Made by a program: the position numbers and the translations under genes. A DNA stretch of 64,000 nt from Myxococcota bacterium (GTDB taxonomy: Bacteria > Myxococcota_A > Polyangia > Nannocystales > Nannocystaceae). Below the pieces are notes generated by a model. That model ran no database searches and had not been told where the DNA came from. It saw only the letters and a program-made list of their open reading frames with translations. Where the stretch lies: the NCBI GenBank assembly GCA_039028615.1, contig JBCCHT010000005.1:224001-288000 (forward strand), in the 5' to 3' direction. Shown here piece after piece: positions 27,372-40,249 of this stretch. Positions within the stretch are counted from its first letter, which is position 1; every line of letters begins with the position of its first letter.

Positions 27372-28889
27372 ATGAAACGACGAAGCTTGATCTTGATCGG
27401 TGCCCTCGTTCCCGCGCTGGGGTGCCCCGGAGACGACTCGACGGTGACCGGGGGCCAAGGCGGTACCGGAGACACCAGCTCCACCGGTGGTTCGGACGAG
27501 GAGTCCGTCACCAACCCCATGACCCCCGACACGGCCGACGCGACCGGTAGCTCGGGCGAGGACAGCCTCGACGACACCGGGACCACCGCGGCCCCGCTGG
27601 ACTGCGGCAACGGGATGATCGACGACGGGGAAGAGTGCGACGACGGCAAAGAGTCGCCCGAGTGCAACGACGACTGCACGCTGGCGGCCTGTGGTGACGG
27701 CATCGTCAACACCGCGGCGGGCGAGGCCTGCGAAGAAGGGGGCGAGACGAAGACGTGCAACGACGATTGCACCGCGGCTACCTGCGGTGACGGCGTGCTC
27801 AACGAGACCGCGGGCGAGCTCTGCGACGACGCGGGAGAGTCCGAGACCTGTGATGCCGATTGCACCGAGTCGACCTGCGGCGATGGCTACATCAACGTGA
27901 CCGCGTCAGAGCAGTGTGACGACGGCAACGAGGTCGATTTCGATTTCTGCAGCGCCACGTGCATCCCCGCGCCCGCGGTCTTGCTGGAGACCTTCCACAT
28001 CCTCGACACCGACACGGGGGAACTCGATGACGTGCCGCTCGCCCACTGGGACTCCGCCACGGGCACCTGGTACTCGAGCGGCTTCGAGATTGCTCCCGGG
28101 GCGGTACTCATCGCGCGCGGTTCCTTGCCCCTGACCCTCGAGGTCAACGGACCGGTGGACATCAACGGCATCATCGACGTGTCCGGCGAGGACGGGGGCG
28201 GGGCCTACACGGCGATGGGAGAAAACTGCGACACGGCCGGCCTGGGCGGTGACGGTGGGGCCGGGGGCTTTCCCGGCGGCCACGGAGCGGGATTCGGTGG
28301 CTCGAGCACGGTGGACGGTTTGCCCGGAGGCGGCCCCGGCATGAATCCGGCGACCGGGGGCCTGGCGTCGACGGTGACCGACACGGGCTTCGCGGGGGCC
28401 GGCGGCGGCGGTGGTGGCCATGCCATGGCCGGCGCCGACGGTGCGTCGTCCGCCGATGCCACGCCGGGCATGGGGGGCGAGATGCACATGAGCCTGCCTC
28501 CGCTCGTCGGTGGCGGCGGTGGAGGTGGCGGTAGCGTGGAGAAAGAAGGCGACCCGGGAGAGGCGCTCGTTGCCGCCGATGATGAAGGGACCGGCGGTGG
28601 CGGGGGCGGAGGCGCGATCGCGATCCACTCCACCGTGTCGATCACCGTGAACGGCACCATCGACGCCTCGGGTGGCAACGCGGGCACGGACGCGGGCTGC
28701 GGCGAGAACCGGGGGCTCGGCGGCGGTGGAGCAGGCGGGGCCATCGAGCTCGACTCGCCTTCCACCGACGTCGCGATGGGCGAGCTGAACATCAGCGGTG
28801 GCCTGGGCGGCGTGCCCCAGTTCAACCAAACCGACGCGGCGGGCCTGGCTGGCGGCGACGGTTCCGAAGGCGTCCTGTCCGTGATGTGA
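27372..28889 (+). CDS. DUF4215-type Cys-rich repeat lipoprotein with Gly-rich C-terminal domain
   Basis: Lipobox ALGC; four CGDG...GExCDD...C..DC repeats; GGGGGGG tracts. Confidence 0.8.
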   Translation: MKRRSLILIGALVPALGCPGDDSTVTGGQGGTGDTSSTGGSDEESVTNPMTPDTADATGSSGEDSLDDTGTTAAPLDCGNGMIDDGEECDDGKESPECNDDCTLAACGDGIVNTAAGEACEEGGETKTCNDDCTAATCGDGVLNETAGELCDDAGESETCDADCTESTCGDGYINVTASEQCDDGNEVDFDFCSATCIPAPAVLLETFHILDTDTGELDDVPLAHWDSATGTWYSSGFEIAPGAVLIARGSLPLTLEVNGPVDINGIIDVSGEDGGGAYTAMGENCDTAGLGGDGGAGGFPGGHGAGFGGSSTVDGLPGGGPGMNPATGGLASTVTDTGFAGAGGGGGGHAMAGADGASSADATPGMGGEMHMSLPPLVGGGGGGGGSVEKEGDPGEALVAADDEGTGGGGGGGAIAIHSTVSITVNGTIDASGGNAGTDAGCGENRGLGGGGAGGAIELDSPSTDVAMGELNISGGLGGVPQFNQTDAAGLAGGDGSEGVLSVM

Positions 28890-29105
28890 GCGGCGCTACT
28901 CGAGCATGTCCTCGACGAAGATGGGGGGCGACACGGACCCCGCGAACTTGCGGGTCGAGTGACCAAACGACATCAGCGTCAACGAGGGCGTGCCCGGGGC
29001 GCCTCCGGCCGGGCCGTGGGCACAGACCCGGTGGGGCGCGTTCCGTAGGCCCGAAGCCGCGGTGCGCTGACGCCCCCGTCTGTGAAGGGCGGAGCTACGC
29101 GCGAC

Positions 29106-31151
29106 TCAGTCGTCGGCGGGCGCTTCTTCGATCTCCCAGCGCTCGAAAACGGGCGGGGAGGCGTCGACCTCGACGAGGAACCGGCTCGGTCGCAGCAGCT
29201 TCATCGGCCCGTCGCGCGACTCCTCGAGCGTCGGGTAGCACAGATAAAGCTCGTCCGCGGCGCGGGTGGTGGCGACGTAGAACAGGCGTCGCTCTTCCTC
29301 GAGGTCGGGAGGGCTCCGCAGCGCCTGCGCGCCGGGGAAGCGCCCGTCGGCCATCCACAGGATGAAGGTGATCGGCCACTCGAGTCCCTTGGCTTGGTGC
29401 ACGGTGGACAGGATCAGCATGTCGTCGGGCTCGCCGCCCGCGACGACGTTCTCTGCGGTGACGCCCTGCACGAGCGCGACCTCGTCGAGGAAGAGCCGGC
29501 TATCCGCGTAGCGATCGGCGTACGTGGCCAGGTGCTCGAGGTCTTCGCGGCGGGTGGGCGCGTTGCTGAAGGTGCGATCGGCGTACTCGCCGTAGTGCGC
29601 CTCGACGATGCGCCGCAGGGCTTCCCCGGGCCCGGCCAAGCCGGTCTCCTGCTCGAGCGTGGCCCACAGCTGGGCGAGCTTGGCGAGCGCCTCTTTGCCG
29701 CGACCACGGGCCTTCTTCGCGGCCGTCTCGAGGATCTCGGCGGGCGGGGGCACGACCCATGGATCCTCGGGCGGGGTCTCGCCCTCGGGGACCATGCCGG
29801 CGAGGCGAGCAGCGATTTTTTCTGCCGTCTGGGCCCCGACCCCGGGCCACTGCCGCAAAAGTCGTACCCACGACAGGCCATCGCGGGGGTTCTCGCGGGC
29901 GCGCAGGTAGGCGACGACGTCCTTGATGTGGGCCTGCTCGAAGAACTTGACCCCGCTGCGCACGCCAAAGGGAATCTGCCGTCGCGACAGCTCGACCTGC
30001 AGCTCGAGGCTGTGGCTGTGGTTGCGGTAGAGCACGGCCATCTTGCGCAGGGGCAGGCCTTGCTCGTGGTGCAGCTCGAGCACGCGCTGGGCGACCAGCT
30101 CGGCCTGCTGGTAGACGTCGCGCAGCGGGATGACGGCCGGCACCATGCCGTCTTGCTTGACTGCACGCAGCTGCTTGGGGTGCTGGCGACGGTTCTGCGC
30201 GATGCAGCGGTTGGCGAGCCCGAGGATCTGCGGCGTGGAGCGATAGTTGATGGTCAGCTCCAAGACCTTGGCGTCGGGATGGCGCTGGGTGAAGCCGGCG
30301 ATCTGCTCGAAGTCGGCGCCGCGAAACGCATAGATCGACTGGGCGTCGTCACCCACCGCGGTCAGGCTCTGGCAGCGCGCGGCCATGCGATCGCATAGCG
30401 CCCCCTGCAGCGCGTTGATGTCCTGGTACTCGTCGACGAGCACGTGGTCGCACATGCCCTCCAGCTCGCGGGCGGTCTCGGCGTGCTTGGGGTCGTGCAG
30501 CAGCTCGTGCCAGCGCACCAGCAGGTCGTCGAAGTCGCACAGGTTCATGGCGCGCTTGCGCTGGTGGTAGCGCTGCAGCACGTCCTCGATGGCCGCCGTC
30601 TGGTCCATCATGCGGGGCAAGTGGGCGGCGATGACCTCGGCCACGGGCAATCGGGTGCCGCGGGCGAGGCTGCCCAGGCGCATGACCTGCTTGGGCGGAG
30701 GAAAGCGGCGGGCGGTTAGGCGCTTGAGGCCGAGCTCGCCGACGATGGAGGTCAGCAGGGTGCGCGCGTCCTCGGGGTCGAGGATGCCGAAGTCGGGCGC
30801 CATGCCCAGCGCATCGGCGTGCAGTCGCAACAGGCGGTTGCCGATGTGGTGGAAGGTGCCCGCCAGGCAGCGCCGCATGTCGATGGTGAGCAGGGCCTCG
30901 ACGCGCTCCACCATCTCTCGGGCGGCCCGATTGGTGAAGGTGCACAGCATGATGCGCTCGGGCGGACAGCCCCCGGCCACCAAGCGAGCGACGCGGTAGG
31001 TCAGCGTGCGGGTCTTGCCCGTGCCCGCGCCCGCGATGACGAGCAGGTTGCCCGAGCCCGCCTCTACCACCGCGCGCTGCTGCGGATTGAGATCGGCATC
31101 GGCGTCGAAGGGGGCGCGCTTGGGCGCAGCGGTCTTGAGCGTGTACTTCAC
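29106..31151 (-). CDS. UvrD/PcrA family ATP-dependent DNA helicase
   Basis: AGAGTGKT, TFTNRAA, VDEYQD, VGDDAQSIYAFRGA, NYRS, STVHQAKGLEW, EERRLFYVATTRA. Confidence 0.95.
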   Translation of the reverse strand: MKYTLKTAAPKRAPFDADADLNPQQRAVVEAGSGNLLVIAGAGTGKTRTLTYRVARLVAGGCPPERIMLCTFTNRAAREMVERVEALLTIDMRRCLAGTFHHIGNRLLRLHADALGMAPDFGILDPEDARTLLTSIVGELGLKRLTARRFPPPKQVMRLGSLARGTRLPVAEVIAAHLPRMMDQTAAIEDVLQRYHQRKRAMNLCDFDDLLVRWHELLHDPKHAETARELEGMCDHVLVDEYQDINALQGALCDRMAARCQSLTAVGDDAQSIYAFRGADFEQIAGFTQRHPDAKVLELTINYRSTPQILGLANRCIAQNRRQHPKQLRAVKQDGMVPAVIPLRDVYQQAELVAQRVLELHHEQGLPLRKMAVLYRNHSHSLELQVELSRRQIPFGVRSGVKFFEQAHIKDVVAYLRARENPRDGLSWVRLLRQWPGVGAQTAEKIAARLAGMVPEGETPPEDPWVVPPPAEILETAAKKARGRGKEALAKLAQLWATLEQETGLAGPGEALRRIVEAHYGEYADRTFSNAPTRREDLEHLATYADRYADSRLFLDEVALVQGVTAENVVAGGEPDDMLILSTVHQAKGLEWPITFILWMADGRFPGAQALRSPPDLEEERRLFYVATTRAADELYLCYPTLEESRDGPMKLLRPSRFLVEVDASPPVFERWEIEEAPADD

Positions 31152-31238
31152 CGGGATGTGCGCCCTCGTCGGGTCGCGGCGCAACTTTAGCCCAGCGATC
31201 CAGGCGGGGCGATGGGCCCGGCGGGCGGGCAGAGCCGC

Positions 31239-32447
31239 TCAGTCGGGGTCCGCGCAGCAGCGAAACCCGGTGGAGTAGTCCCAGTGGCTCACCCCGTGGG
31301 CGGTGGTCGCATACAGGCAGCCGGGGCCGTTGATCGCGGTATCGGCAAAGAACCCGCCGCGGAAGGTGCCCTCGGGATCGGACGTCCACTCGTGCAGGTT
31401 TCCCATCATGTCGAAGGCGCCCTCGCTCGTCACGCAGTCGGCGTGGCGCCCGGTCACGTGCAGGCTGTCGGGGATCTGCGAGATGCACGGGTGCCCCAAC
31501 TCCGACCAGATCCACTCCTCGCTGGTGCCGAAGTACTCGATGGCGGGATGCATCGCGCGCGCATCGTTGCAGCGGCCGGGCACGAGCCGATCCCCGTAGG
31601 GGAAGGTGGTGTTGGCCGCGCCCTGGCACGCGCGCAGCCACTCGGTGTTGGTGCACAGCCGCTTGCCAGCCTCGCTGCACGCCGCCGCGGCTTGGACCTG
31701 ATTGATGTAGCCCTGGGGGATCGCACCCGGCAGCGAGACGGCGCGGACCCGCGTGTCGCCCGGGTTGAAGTAGGGCGAGTGGTGCCCGAGCTGGCGGCCT
31801 TCGTCGTCGACGATCACCAGCGCGGCTTCGTGGCGATCGATGCAGAAGCCGTCGCTGAGCAGCATGCCCGCGGGGCAGCCCGCGTCGCCGGGCGCTTCGA
31901 CCAGCCCTTCGTTGGGGGTGGGCATGGCGGTCTCGTCGCAGGCGGTCGCCGGATCGGTGCAGCACTGGATCGTCGCATCGCCCGGACACAGGCCGGGCGT
32001 GGTCTGCAAAGCACCGTCGCAGTCGGCCACGTCCATGCACAAGCCGGGGGCTCCGCTCACGCTGCACGGGGGCGCCACCGGGACGCAGCACTGCTGCGTG
32101 GGAGGCCCGTCGCACTCGGCTTGGAACGGGCTCGAGGTCTCGGGGCAGGCGGTGACCTCGGTGCAGCTGCCTTCGATGTCGACGACGGCGCACGCTGAGG
32201 GCGGGGGGTCGCCCGTGGTGTCGTCACCGCTGTCGGAGCTGTCGCCCGGCGGTGGGGTCTCGCCGGTCGAGGAGGACGGATCGATCTCGCCGGAGCCCGA
32301 AGATGTGTCGGCGTCCGAAGAACTCGCCGTGGCCTGGCCCGTGGAACCCGGCGTGCCCGGAGGAGCATCGTCCGCCGGGCACCCCAGCGCCAACAAGAGG
32401 GTCGTACCCACCACCGAGAGCCTCGCCGGGCGCATCGGCACCAGCAT
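31239..32447 (-). CDS. Formylglycine-generating enzyme (FGE-sulfatase) family lipoprotein
   Basis: Lipobox ALGC; FCIDRHE, GKRLCTNTEW..AC, FDMMGNLHEW, GFRCCAD. Confidence 0.88.
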   Translation of the reverse strand: MLVPMRPARLSVVGTTLLLALGCPADDAPPGTPGSTGQATASSSDADTSSGSGEIDPSSSTGETPPPGDSSDSGDDTTGDPPPSACAVVDIEGSCTEVTACPETSSPFQAECDGPPTQQCCVPVAPPCSVSGAPGLCMDVADCDGALQTTPGLCPGDATIQCCTDPATACDETAMPTPNEGLVEAPGDAGCPAGMLLSDGFCIDRHEAALVIVDDEGRQLGHHSPYFNPGDTRVRAVSLPGAIPQGYINQVQAAAACSEAGKRLCTNTEWLRACQGAANTTFPYGDRLVPGRCNDARAMHPAIEYFGTSEEWIWSELGHPCISQIPDSLHVTGRHADCVTSEGAFDMMGNLHEWTSDPEGTFRGGFFADTAINGPGCLYATTAHGVSHWDYSTGFRCCADPD

Positions 32448-32468
32448 ACGAGGCGTCGAACGAAACGC

Positions 32469-33692
32469 TCAACCCGTGGTCTCGGCCAGATCGAGCAGCT
32501 CCCGCTCCAGCGCCATCAGGCGGTCCCAGCTCTCGGAGGTCGTGTCGCAGTTGAGCAACACCGCGATCCCGACGTGGGCGTCGCGGTCGATCCAGATCTC
32601 GGTGGTCGAGCCGAAGTCGCCGCCGTTGTGCCCGTAGAGCTCCCGGCCGTCCATCTCGCGCATGGCCCACGCGATGGCCTGGCCGTCCTCGTCCGTGCCC
32701 GCCGACGCGTCGACGGTGAGCATCTCGTCCACGGAATCCGCCGACAGCAGCTCGACGCCCTCGAGCTGGCCGCCGCCCTCGATCGCGGCGAGGTAGCGGC
32801 CCATGTCGTTCGCCGAGGAGCGGATCATGCCATCGGGATACGTGGGGTAGCCGTACTGCGGCCAGGGCCGAAAGTCGTCGCCCACCACGGTGTGCTTGTA
32901 GGGCACAGCGGCCTCGCGGGGCAGGTCGTTCAACAAGTAGGCGCTGTCCTCCATGCCGAGCGGCTCGAAGATGGTGCGCTGCACCAGCGTCATGAACTCG
33001 TCGTCCTGCGCGCTTGCAATGGCCAAGGCGCCGAGCGAGGCTCCGACGTTGCTGTAGGCGAACTCGGTGCCCGGCGCGGCCTTTCGCCAGTTGCGTCGCC
33101 GCCAGTACTTCCCGCGGGGCTGCACGTAACCCTGCACGAACTCGCTCAGCTCGATCGTCGGGTCGCCCTCGTCGTAGCTGCGGTCGTACTCGCGGGTGTC
33201 TCGTAGACCGGTGTTGTGGGTCAGGGCGTGGCGCAGGGTGATGGTCTCGCCGTCGACCCGGGGGTTGTCCACGGTGAACCCGACCCGATCCGTCAGCGAA
33301 TCGTCGAGCTGCAGCCGACCTCGCTCGACGGCCTGCATCGCGGCGACGCCGATGAAGGTCTTGCTGACGCTCGACAGCAGCACTGGGGTGTTCGCGGACA
33401 GCGGCTGCGCGCCGTCGAGCTCGGCCCAGCCGTAGCCGGAGGTGAACACCACCTCGCCATCGGCCACGAGGGCCACGCTGATCCCGGTCACGTCTCCGGG
33501 GGAGAGGAACGAGAGCACCGCTTCGTCGACGGCACGGGCGAGGTCGAGGTCCGTCTCGACGCCGCGTTCGACCGGCGCGGGTCCAGGGGGCAGCTCGGTC
33601 CGCTCGCCGGGAGACAGGGGCTGGCAGGCGGCGAGAGCGAGGAGACAGGACGGGGCGAGGGCGACGAGCAAGCAGCGGGCGGGAGCGGTCAC
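32469..33692 (-). CDS. Serine hydrolase (class C beta-lactamase-like) lipoprotein
   Basis: SxxK (SVSK), LTHNTG, FAYSN, HNGG; lipobox LAAC. Confidence 0.88.
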   Translation of the reverse strand: MTAPARCLLVALAPSCLLALAACQPLSPGERTELPPGPAPVERGVETDLDLARAVDEAVLSFLSPGDVTGISVALVADGEVVFTSGYGWAELDGAQPLSANTPVLLSSVSKTFIGVAAMQAVERGRLQLDDSLTDRVGFTVDNPRVDGETITLRHALTHNTGLRDTREYDRSYDEGDPTIELSEFVQGYVQPRGKYWRRRNWRKAAPGTEFAYSNVGASLGALAIASAQDDEFMTLVQRTIFEPLGMEDSAYLLNDLPREAAVPYKHTVVGDDFRPWPQYGYPTYPDGMIRSSANDMGRYLAAIEGGGQLEGVELLSADSVDEMLTVDASAGTDEDGQAIAWAMREMDGRELYGHNGGDFGSTTEIWIDRDAHVGIAVLLNCDTTSESWDRLMALERELLDLAETTG

Positions 33693-33845
33693 GACCCTGG
33701 AACACCGGGCGAGTCCCGAATCGTCACCGCGCCCGTCGGTTTTTTCGCCCCGCGCCACCCGTGCGACCCGCTCGAGGCGATGGGGCGGGTCGAGCGTGGT
33801 CGCCTGGCTCCCGACGAGGAGCCGGGGTGGCGCCGGGGTGGCCGA

Positions 33846-34178
33846 CTACTTGTCCATCAGCGCGTCGTGGAAGTAGTTGTTGGGGCAATCCATGATCACC
33901 GGGCCCCAGTTGCCCGAGGTGTCTTCGCATTTGCACATGTCTTGGCCCAGGCCGTAGCCCGTGCCGCAGGTGGGGATGAGGGCGACACCGACGTTGCCGG
34001 TGCAGTTGCCCACGCACTCGTTGCCCTTCTTCTTCTTTTTCGTCGTCTTGGGGGGCTCGGGATCGGTCTTGGGCTTGGTCGCGGCGGCGACGTCCGCGGT
34101 CGAAGCGGTGGCGACGGAGGCCATGCTGCCGAGGGCACCGATACAAAGGCCGAGGAGGACGGTCAGAGGCTGTTTCAT
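33846..34178 (-). CDS. Small secreted Cys-rich protein
   Basis: Signal peptide, Lys-rich linker, six-Cys C-terminal domain; typical codon usage. Confidence 0.65.
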   Translation of the reverse strand: MKQPLTVLLGLCIGALGSMASVATASTADVAAATKPKTDPEPPKTTKKKKKGNECVGNCTGNVGVALIPTCGTGYGLGQDMCKCEDTSGNWGPVIMDCPNNYFHDALMDK

Positions 34179-34359
34179 CGAAACGGAGCCTGGCACCCGA
34201 ATTGCCAGCTTCCAGCGCCCCGAACGGCGTCGCAGGCCGATTTAAGGGTCGGTTAATGTCCTTCGATCTTTCGCCGGTCGAAGGGACGACCGCAGCCCGG
34301 CCACGCGTTCGATCTGTAACGACCTTTCGCCACCTGAAAACTCGGGTCGAGCCCCAACG

Positions 34360-34397
34360 AAAAGGCGGACCGTCGCGAGAGCACGACGATCCGCCTT
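34360..34397 (-). terminator. Intrinsic terminator downstream of the S9 peptidase
   Basis: Minus strand AAGGCGGATCGTCG...CGACGGTCCGCCTTTT. Confidence 0.65.
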
Positions 34398-34424
34398 CAG
34401 CGCAGCACAAAACGAGCGCCGCGG

Positions 34425-36800
<2,376 letters not shown>

Positions 36801-36902
36801 GGCGCGGATGATTGCAGGGGCCCATGGCGGTGTCCACGGCGGGGACACCGTCCTTCGCTTGCCTGCGCGAGCCAAATGGTTGAAAACCCCGGCTCCAACA
36901 CC

Positions 36903-37358
36903 ATGGCTACTCTCGTCGAGAAGATCACCGCGCCCGAAGTCCACCCCAAGGTCATCCAGGACTGCCTTCAGCTCATCGAGTCCGAGGTCGCGTCCAAGTC
37001 GGGCCTTTCGGGAGCGGCGGTCAAGACCGGCTTCGCCGTGGTCAAGAAGCTCAAGCCCGGGATGATCAAAGAGGTCGTCACCAAGCTGCTTCCCGACTTC
37101 GCCCAGGCGCTCCAGCCCATGTACGACAAGAGCGGGGCCGCCGACGCAGGCGACAAATCGGGCGAGGTGTTCTCGTCGTTCCTCACGTCCAACCAGGACC
37201 AGGCCGCCGACGCTCTGCTCGGGGTGACCGACGCCAAGGCCGACAACGCCAAGAACAAGACCCTCAAGAAGACCTACAGCCGCATGCGCGGCGGGGCCAA
37301 GCAGCACGTCAAGGCCGCGGTCCCGGGTCTGGCCAAGACCTTGGGTGGCTACGCCTGA
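36903..37358 (+). CDS. DUF6918-like conserved protein
   Basis: EVASKSGLSG..VK..F..VK..KPG...LLPDF..AL.P...ADALLGVTD. Confidence 0.7.
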   Translation: MATLVEKITAPEVHPKVIQDCLQLIESEVASKSGLSGAAVKTGFAVVKKLKPGMIKEVVTKLLPDFAQALQPMYDKSGAADAGDKSGEVFSSFLTSNQDQAADALLGVTDAKADNAKNKTLKKTYSRMRGGAKQHVKAAVPGLAKTLGGYA

Positions 37359-37398
37359 GTCCAACGACTCTGTCGCGGCACCGACTTCCGACGCGTCG

Positions 37399-38709
37399 GT
37401 GACCGACGGATCGTCGACGGCATCGTCGACGATCGGATTGACCGTACGACGGGTCGCCACCGTGTGGTGGCCGCTCGCGGCGTCGTGGTCGATGATGGGC
37501 ATCGAGCAGCCGCTGCTGGGCGCAGCGGTGGCGCGGCTGCCCGATCCCGAGGTTCAGCTCGCTGCGTTCGGCGGCGTCGTGTTTCCGGTGGCCCTGGTGG
37601 TGGAGGCGCCGGTCATCATGATGCTGGCCGCGTCGACCGAGCTGTCGCGCGACGCGGCGGCTTACAAGGCGCTGTCTCGCGTGGCGCATGGGCTCGGCTT
37701 CGTGTTGACCCTGCTGCACATGCTCGTCGCGCTGACGCCCGCGTTCGATTGGCTCGCCGCGTCCGTGCTCGACGTGCCCCCGCAGGTGCGCGAGCCCGCG
37801 CGCCAGGGCCTGATCTTGTTGTTGCCGTGGACCTGGGCCATCGCGTCGCGACGCTTTCACCAGGGCGCGCTCATCCGTCACGGCAAGTCGAGGACGGTGG
37901 GGTGGGGCACGGCGCTGCGGCTCGTCGTCACCTCGAGCGTGCTGGCGGGCGGCTTGTTCGTGGGCACCGGTCCGGGCGCGGTCGTGGCTGCGCTCGCGCT
38001 TTCGAGCGGGGTGATGGCCGAGGCGATCTATGCCGCGATCGTGGTGCGGCCGATCGTGCGGACCTTGCCCGAGCACTCGGATCGAACCCCGCTGCGAGGC
38101 CTGGCGTTCTGGCGTTTTTACGTGCCGCTCGCCATGACTCCGCTGATCACGTTGGTGATCTTGCCGGTCGGGACCGCGGCCGTGTCTCGCATGCCGATGG
38201 CCCTGGCCTCGCTCGCTCTTTGGCCGATGGTCAACGGGCTCGTGTTCGTTTTGCAGGCCTTGGGGCTCGCCTACAACGAGGTCGTCGTCGCATTACTCGA
38301 CGAGCCGGGATCGCGTCGCCCCTTGCGCAGGTTCAGCTGGATCCTCGTCGTGGGCACCACGGGCGTCCTCGCGCTCATGTCGTTTTCGCCCCTGGCCGAC
38401 GCGTGGTTTCTGGTGGTCGCGGGCCTGAGCCCGACGTTGGCGACGATGGCCGGCGGCGTGTTGTGGATGGCACTGCCCATTCCGGCCATGCGAGTGCTGC
38501 AGAGCTGGCTGCAGGGATTGCTCGTGAACGCGCGCCAGACCCGCGGAATCACCGAAGCGGTGGGTGCATTTGCGTTCGCAGCTCTCACCGTCCTGCTCTT
38601 CGGCGTGTGGCGATCGACTTGGTCTGGCCTGCACGTCGCCGTAGTGGCGTACTCTTCGGGTCGTGTTGTGCAGACGTTGTGGCTTGCATGGCGGGCGCGC
38701 CGCCTCTAA
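37399..38709 (+). CDS. MATE-superfamily (ANKH-like) 12-TM transporter/flippase
   Basis: Two internally repeated halves (WWPLA.../YVPLA...; AVARLP/AVSRMP); many TM helices. Confidence 0.7.
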   Translation: MTDGSSTASSTIGLTVRRVATVWWPLAASWSMMGIEQPLLGAAVARLPDPEVQLAAFGGVVFPVALVVEAPVIMMLAASTELSRDAAAYKALSRVAHGLGFVLTLLHMLVALTPAFDWLAASVLDVPPQVREPARQGLILLLPWTWAIASRRFHQGALIRHGKSRTVGWGTALRLVVTSSVLAGGLFVGTGPGAVVAALALSSGVMAEAIYAAIVVRPIVRTLPEHSDRTPLRGLAFWRFYVPLAMTPLITLVILPVGTAAVSRMPMALASLALWPMVNGLVFVLQALGLAYNEVVVALLDEPGSRRPLRRFSWILVVGTTGVLALMSFSPLADAWFLVVAGLSPTLATMAGGVLWMALPIPAMRVLQSWLQGLLVNARQTRGITEAVGAFAFAALTVLLFGVWRSTWSGLHVAVVAYSSGRVVQTLWLAWRARRL

Positions 38710-38728
38710 CGGCGCGCAGAGGACGTGG

Positions 38729-38747
38729 TATTGAACCAATGTCAGTA
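38729..38747. promoter_or_regulatory. Putative TetR operator
   Basis: Imperfect palindrome TATTGA-N7-TCAGTA just upstream of the tetR start. Confidence 0.4.
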
Positions 38748-38764
38748 AGGGTGAGGCTCTAATC

Positions 38765-39385
38765 GTGGTGCGAGTACGCCTGGCGACCGATGAACGTCGC
38801 GCCCAGCTATTGCGGCTCGGCGTCGATCTATTCGCGCGTGATGCCTACGACGCCCTGACCACCGATGCGATCGCATCCGAGGGCGGCATCTCCAAGGGGT
38901 TGCTGTTCCACTACTTCGGAAGCAAACGCGGTTTCTATGTCGCGACGATCGAGCACGTCGCTCAGCTTCTCCTCGACCGAGTGGTGCTCGACATCTCGCT
39001 CGCACCCTTGCCCTCGGTCCTCGACGCGGTCGAGCGCTTCATGGATTTCGTGCACGACCACGCCGCGATCTATCGCGCGTTGTTGCGAGGAGGACTCGGG
39101 GCGGATCCGCAGTCGCAAGCGATCGTCGAGCGAGTGCGTTGGACCATCGTTTATCGCGTGTTGACGTTGCTCGATCCGAGTCGCACGACAGTGCCCGACG
39201 ATCCCGAGCCGCTCACGACGAACGCAGGTCTGCGCATGTATGCATGGGTAGGGACCATCGAGGCGCTGAGCCTCGCGTGGATCGATCTCGGTCTCGAGCG
39301 GGACCGCATTCGCACGCTCATGATCGAGAGCTTCGGCCCCGTGATCACGGCGTGGCCGCGCGACCAAGCGAGCGAAAAAGCCTAG
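38765..39385 (+). CDS. TetR family transcriptional regulator
   Basis: RRAQLL...LF...IASEGGISKGLLFHYFGSK HTH. Confidence 0.92.
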   Translation: MVRVRLATDERRAQLLRLGVDLFARDAYDALTTDAIASEGGISKGLLFHYFGSKRGFYVATIEHVAQLLLDRVVLDISLAPLPSVLDAVERFMDFVHDHAAIYRALLRGGLGADPQSQAIVERVRWTIVYRVLTLLDPSRTTVPDDPEPLTTNAGLRMYAWVGTIEALSLAWIDLGLERDRIRTLMIESFGPVITAWPRDQASEKA

Positions 39386-39536
39386 CGAATCTCGTTCGGG
39401 CTCGGCCCACTACGGTCTGCGCAAGCAGGCCGCGGTCTCGTGTATTCTGGCCGCGGTCTGCAACCGCCCTGCTTTGCGCGGGATCGGGTGAGCAGCCGTA
39501 TCTTCTAGCCGTTCACGAAAAGAGAGAATCACTACG

Positions 39537-40190
39537 ATGCGCCTGCTCAAACTAGGCCTGATTGCGCCCCTGAGCCTTTCATTGCCGCTGGTCACCGGTT
39601 GCGGTGACGACAGCACCTTCGACGAATCGGACGACACCGAGACCACGGGGAGCTTCGACGAGACCACGGGGGACGCCGAAGAGGACGGAGACGAGACGAC
39701 CTTCGGTGAGACTACGTTCAGCGACGAGACTACGTTCAGCGACGAGACGACATTCAGCGACGAGACCAAGGGCGACGGAGAGACCGAGACCGAATCGGAG
39801 ACCGAGACCGACGGTGGCGGTGGGTTCATCGACTGCGATCCGTCTACCGCACCGTTCCGCGGCCCCACCATTCCTCAGGCCGGGGTCAACGCGAATCTGA
39901 TGGGGATGGACTGCGAGACGGTCACCGGGTTCCCCGAGCTCGACCAGCTGGTCCTCGACGACTTCAAGGGAGAGTTCGGTGGCTCGGGTGGCGGCCACAC
40001 CGTGCTCGACCTGTCCGAGGGCTCGTTCACCAACAAGGCGGGCTTCTACATCATCTCGGATCTGCCCACGGGCACCCCGATCGAGCTGACGCTCGAGAAC
40101 ATGGCGGGCGACGTGTTCACGGTGCGGTTCACCATCGACGCCGGACCGCCGCCCCAGCTGACGGACGTCGCCGTTCGCTTCGGGTCCTGA
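39537..40190 (+). CDS. Hypothetical lipoprotein with acidic repeat linker
   Basis: Lipobox VTGC; DETTFS repeats; beta-rich C-terminus. Confidence 0.75.
   Translation: MRLLKLGLIAPLSLSLPLVTGCGDDSTFDESDDTETTGSFDETTGDAEEDGDETTFGETTFSDETTFSDETTFSDETKGDGETETESETETDGGGGFIDCDPSTAPFRGPTIPQAGVNANLMGMDCETVTGFPELDQLVLDDFKGEFGGSGGGHTVLDLSEGSFTNKAGFYIISDLPTGTPIELTLENMAGDVFTVRFTIDAGPPPQLTDVAVRFGS
39690..39767. repeat. 18-bp coding tandem repeat (DETTFS x ~4)
   Basis: GACGAGACTACGTTCAGC units. Confidence 0.85.
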
Positions 40191-40249
40191 CGCCTGCGCG
40201 ATCGAACGATGAACGACGCCGAGTTCGTGGCCTCACGAACTCGGCGTGT

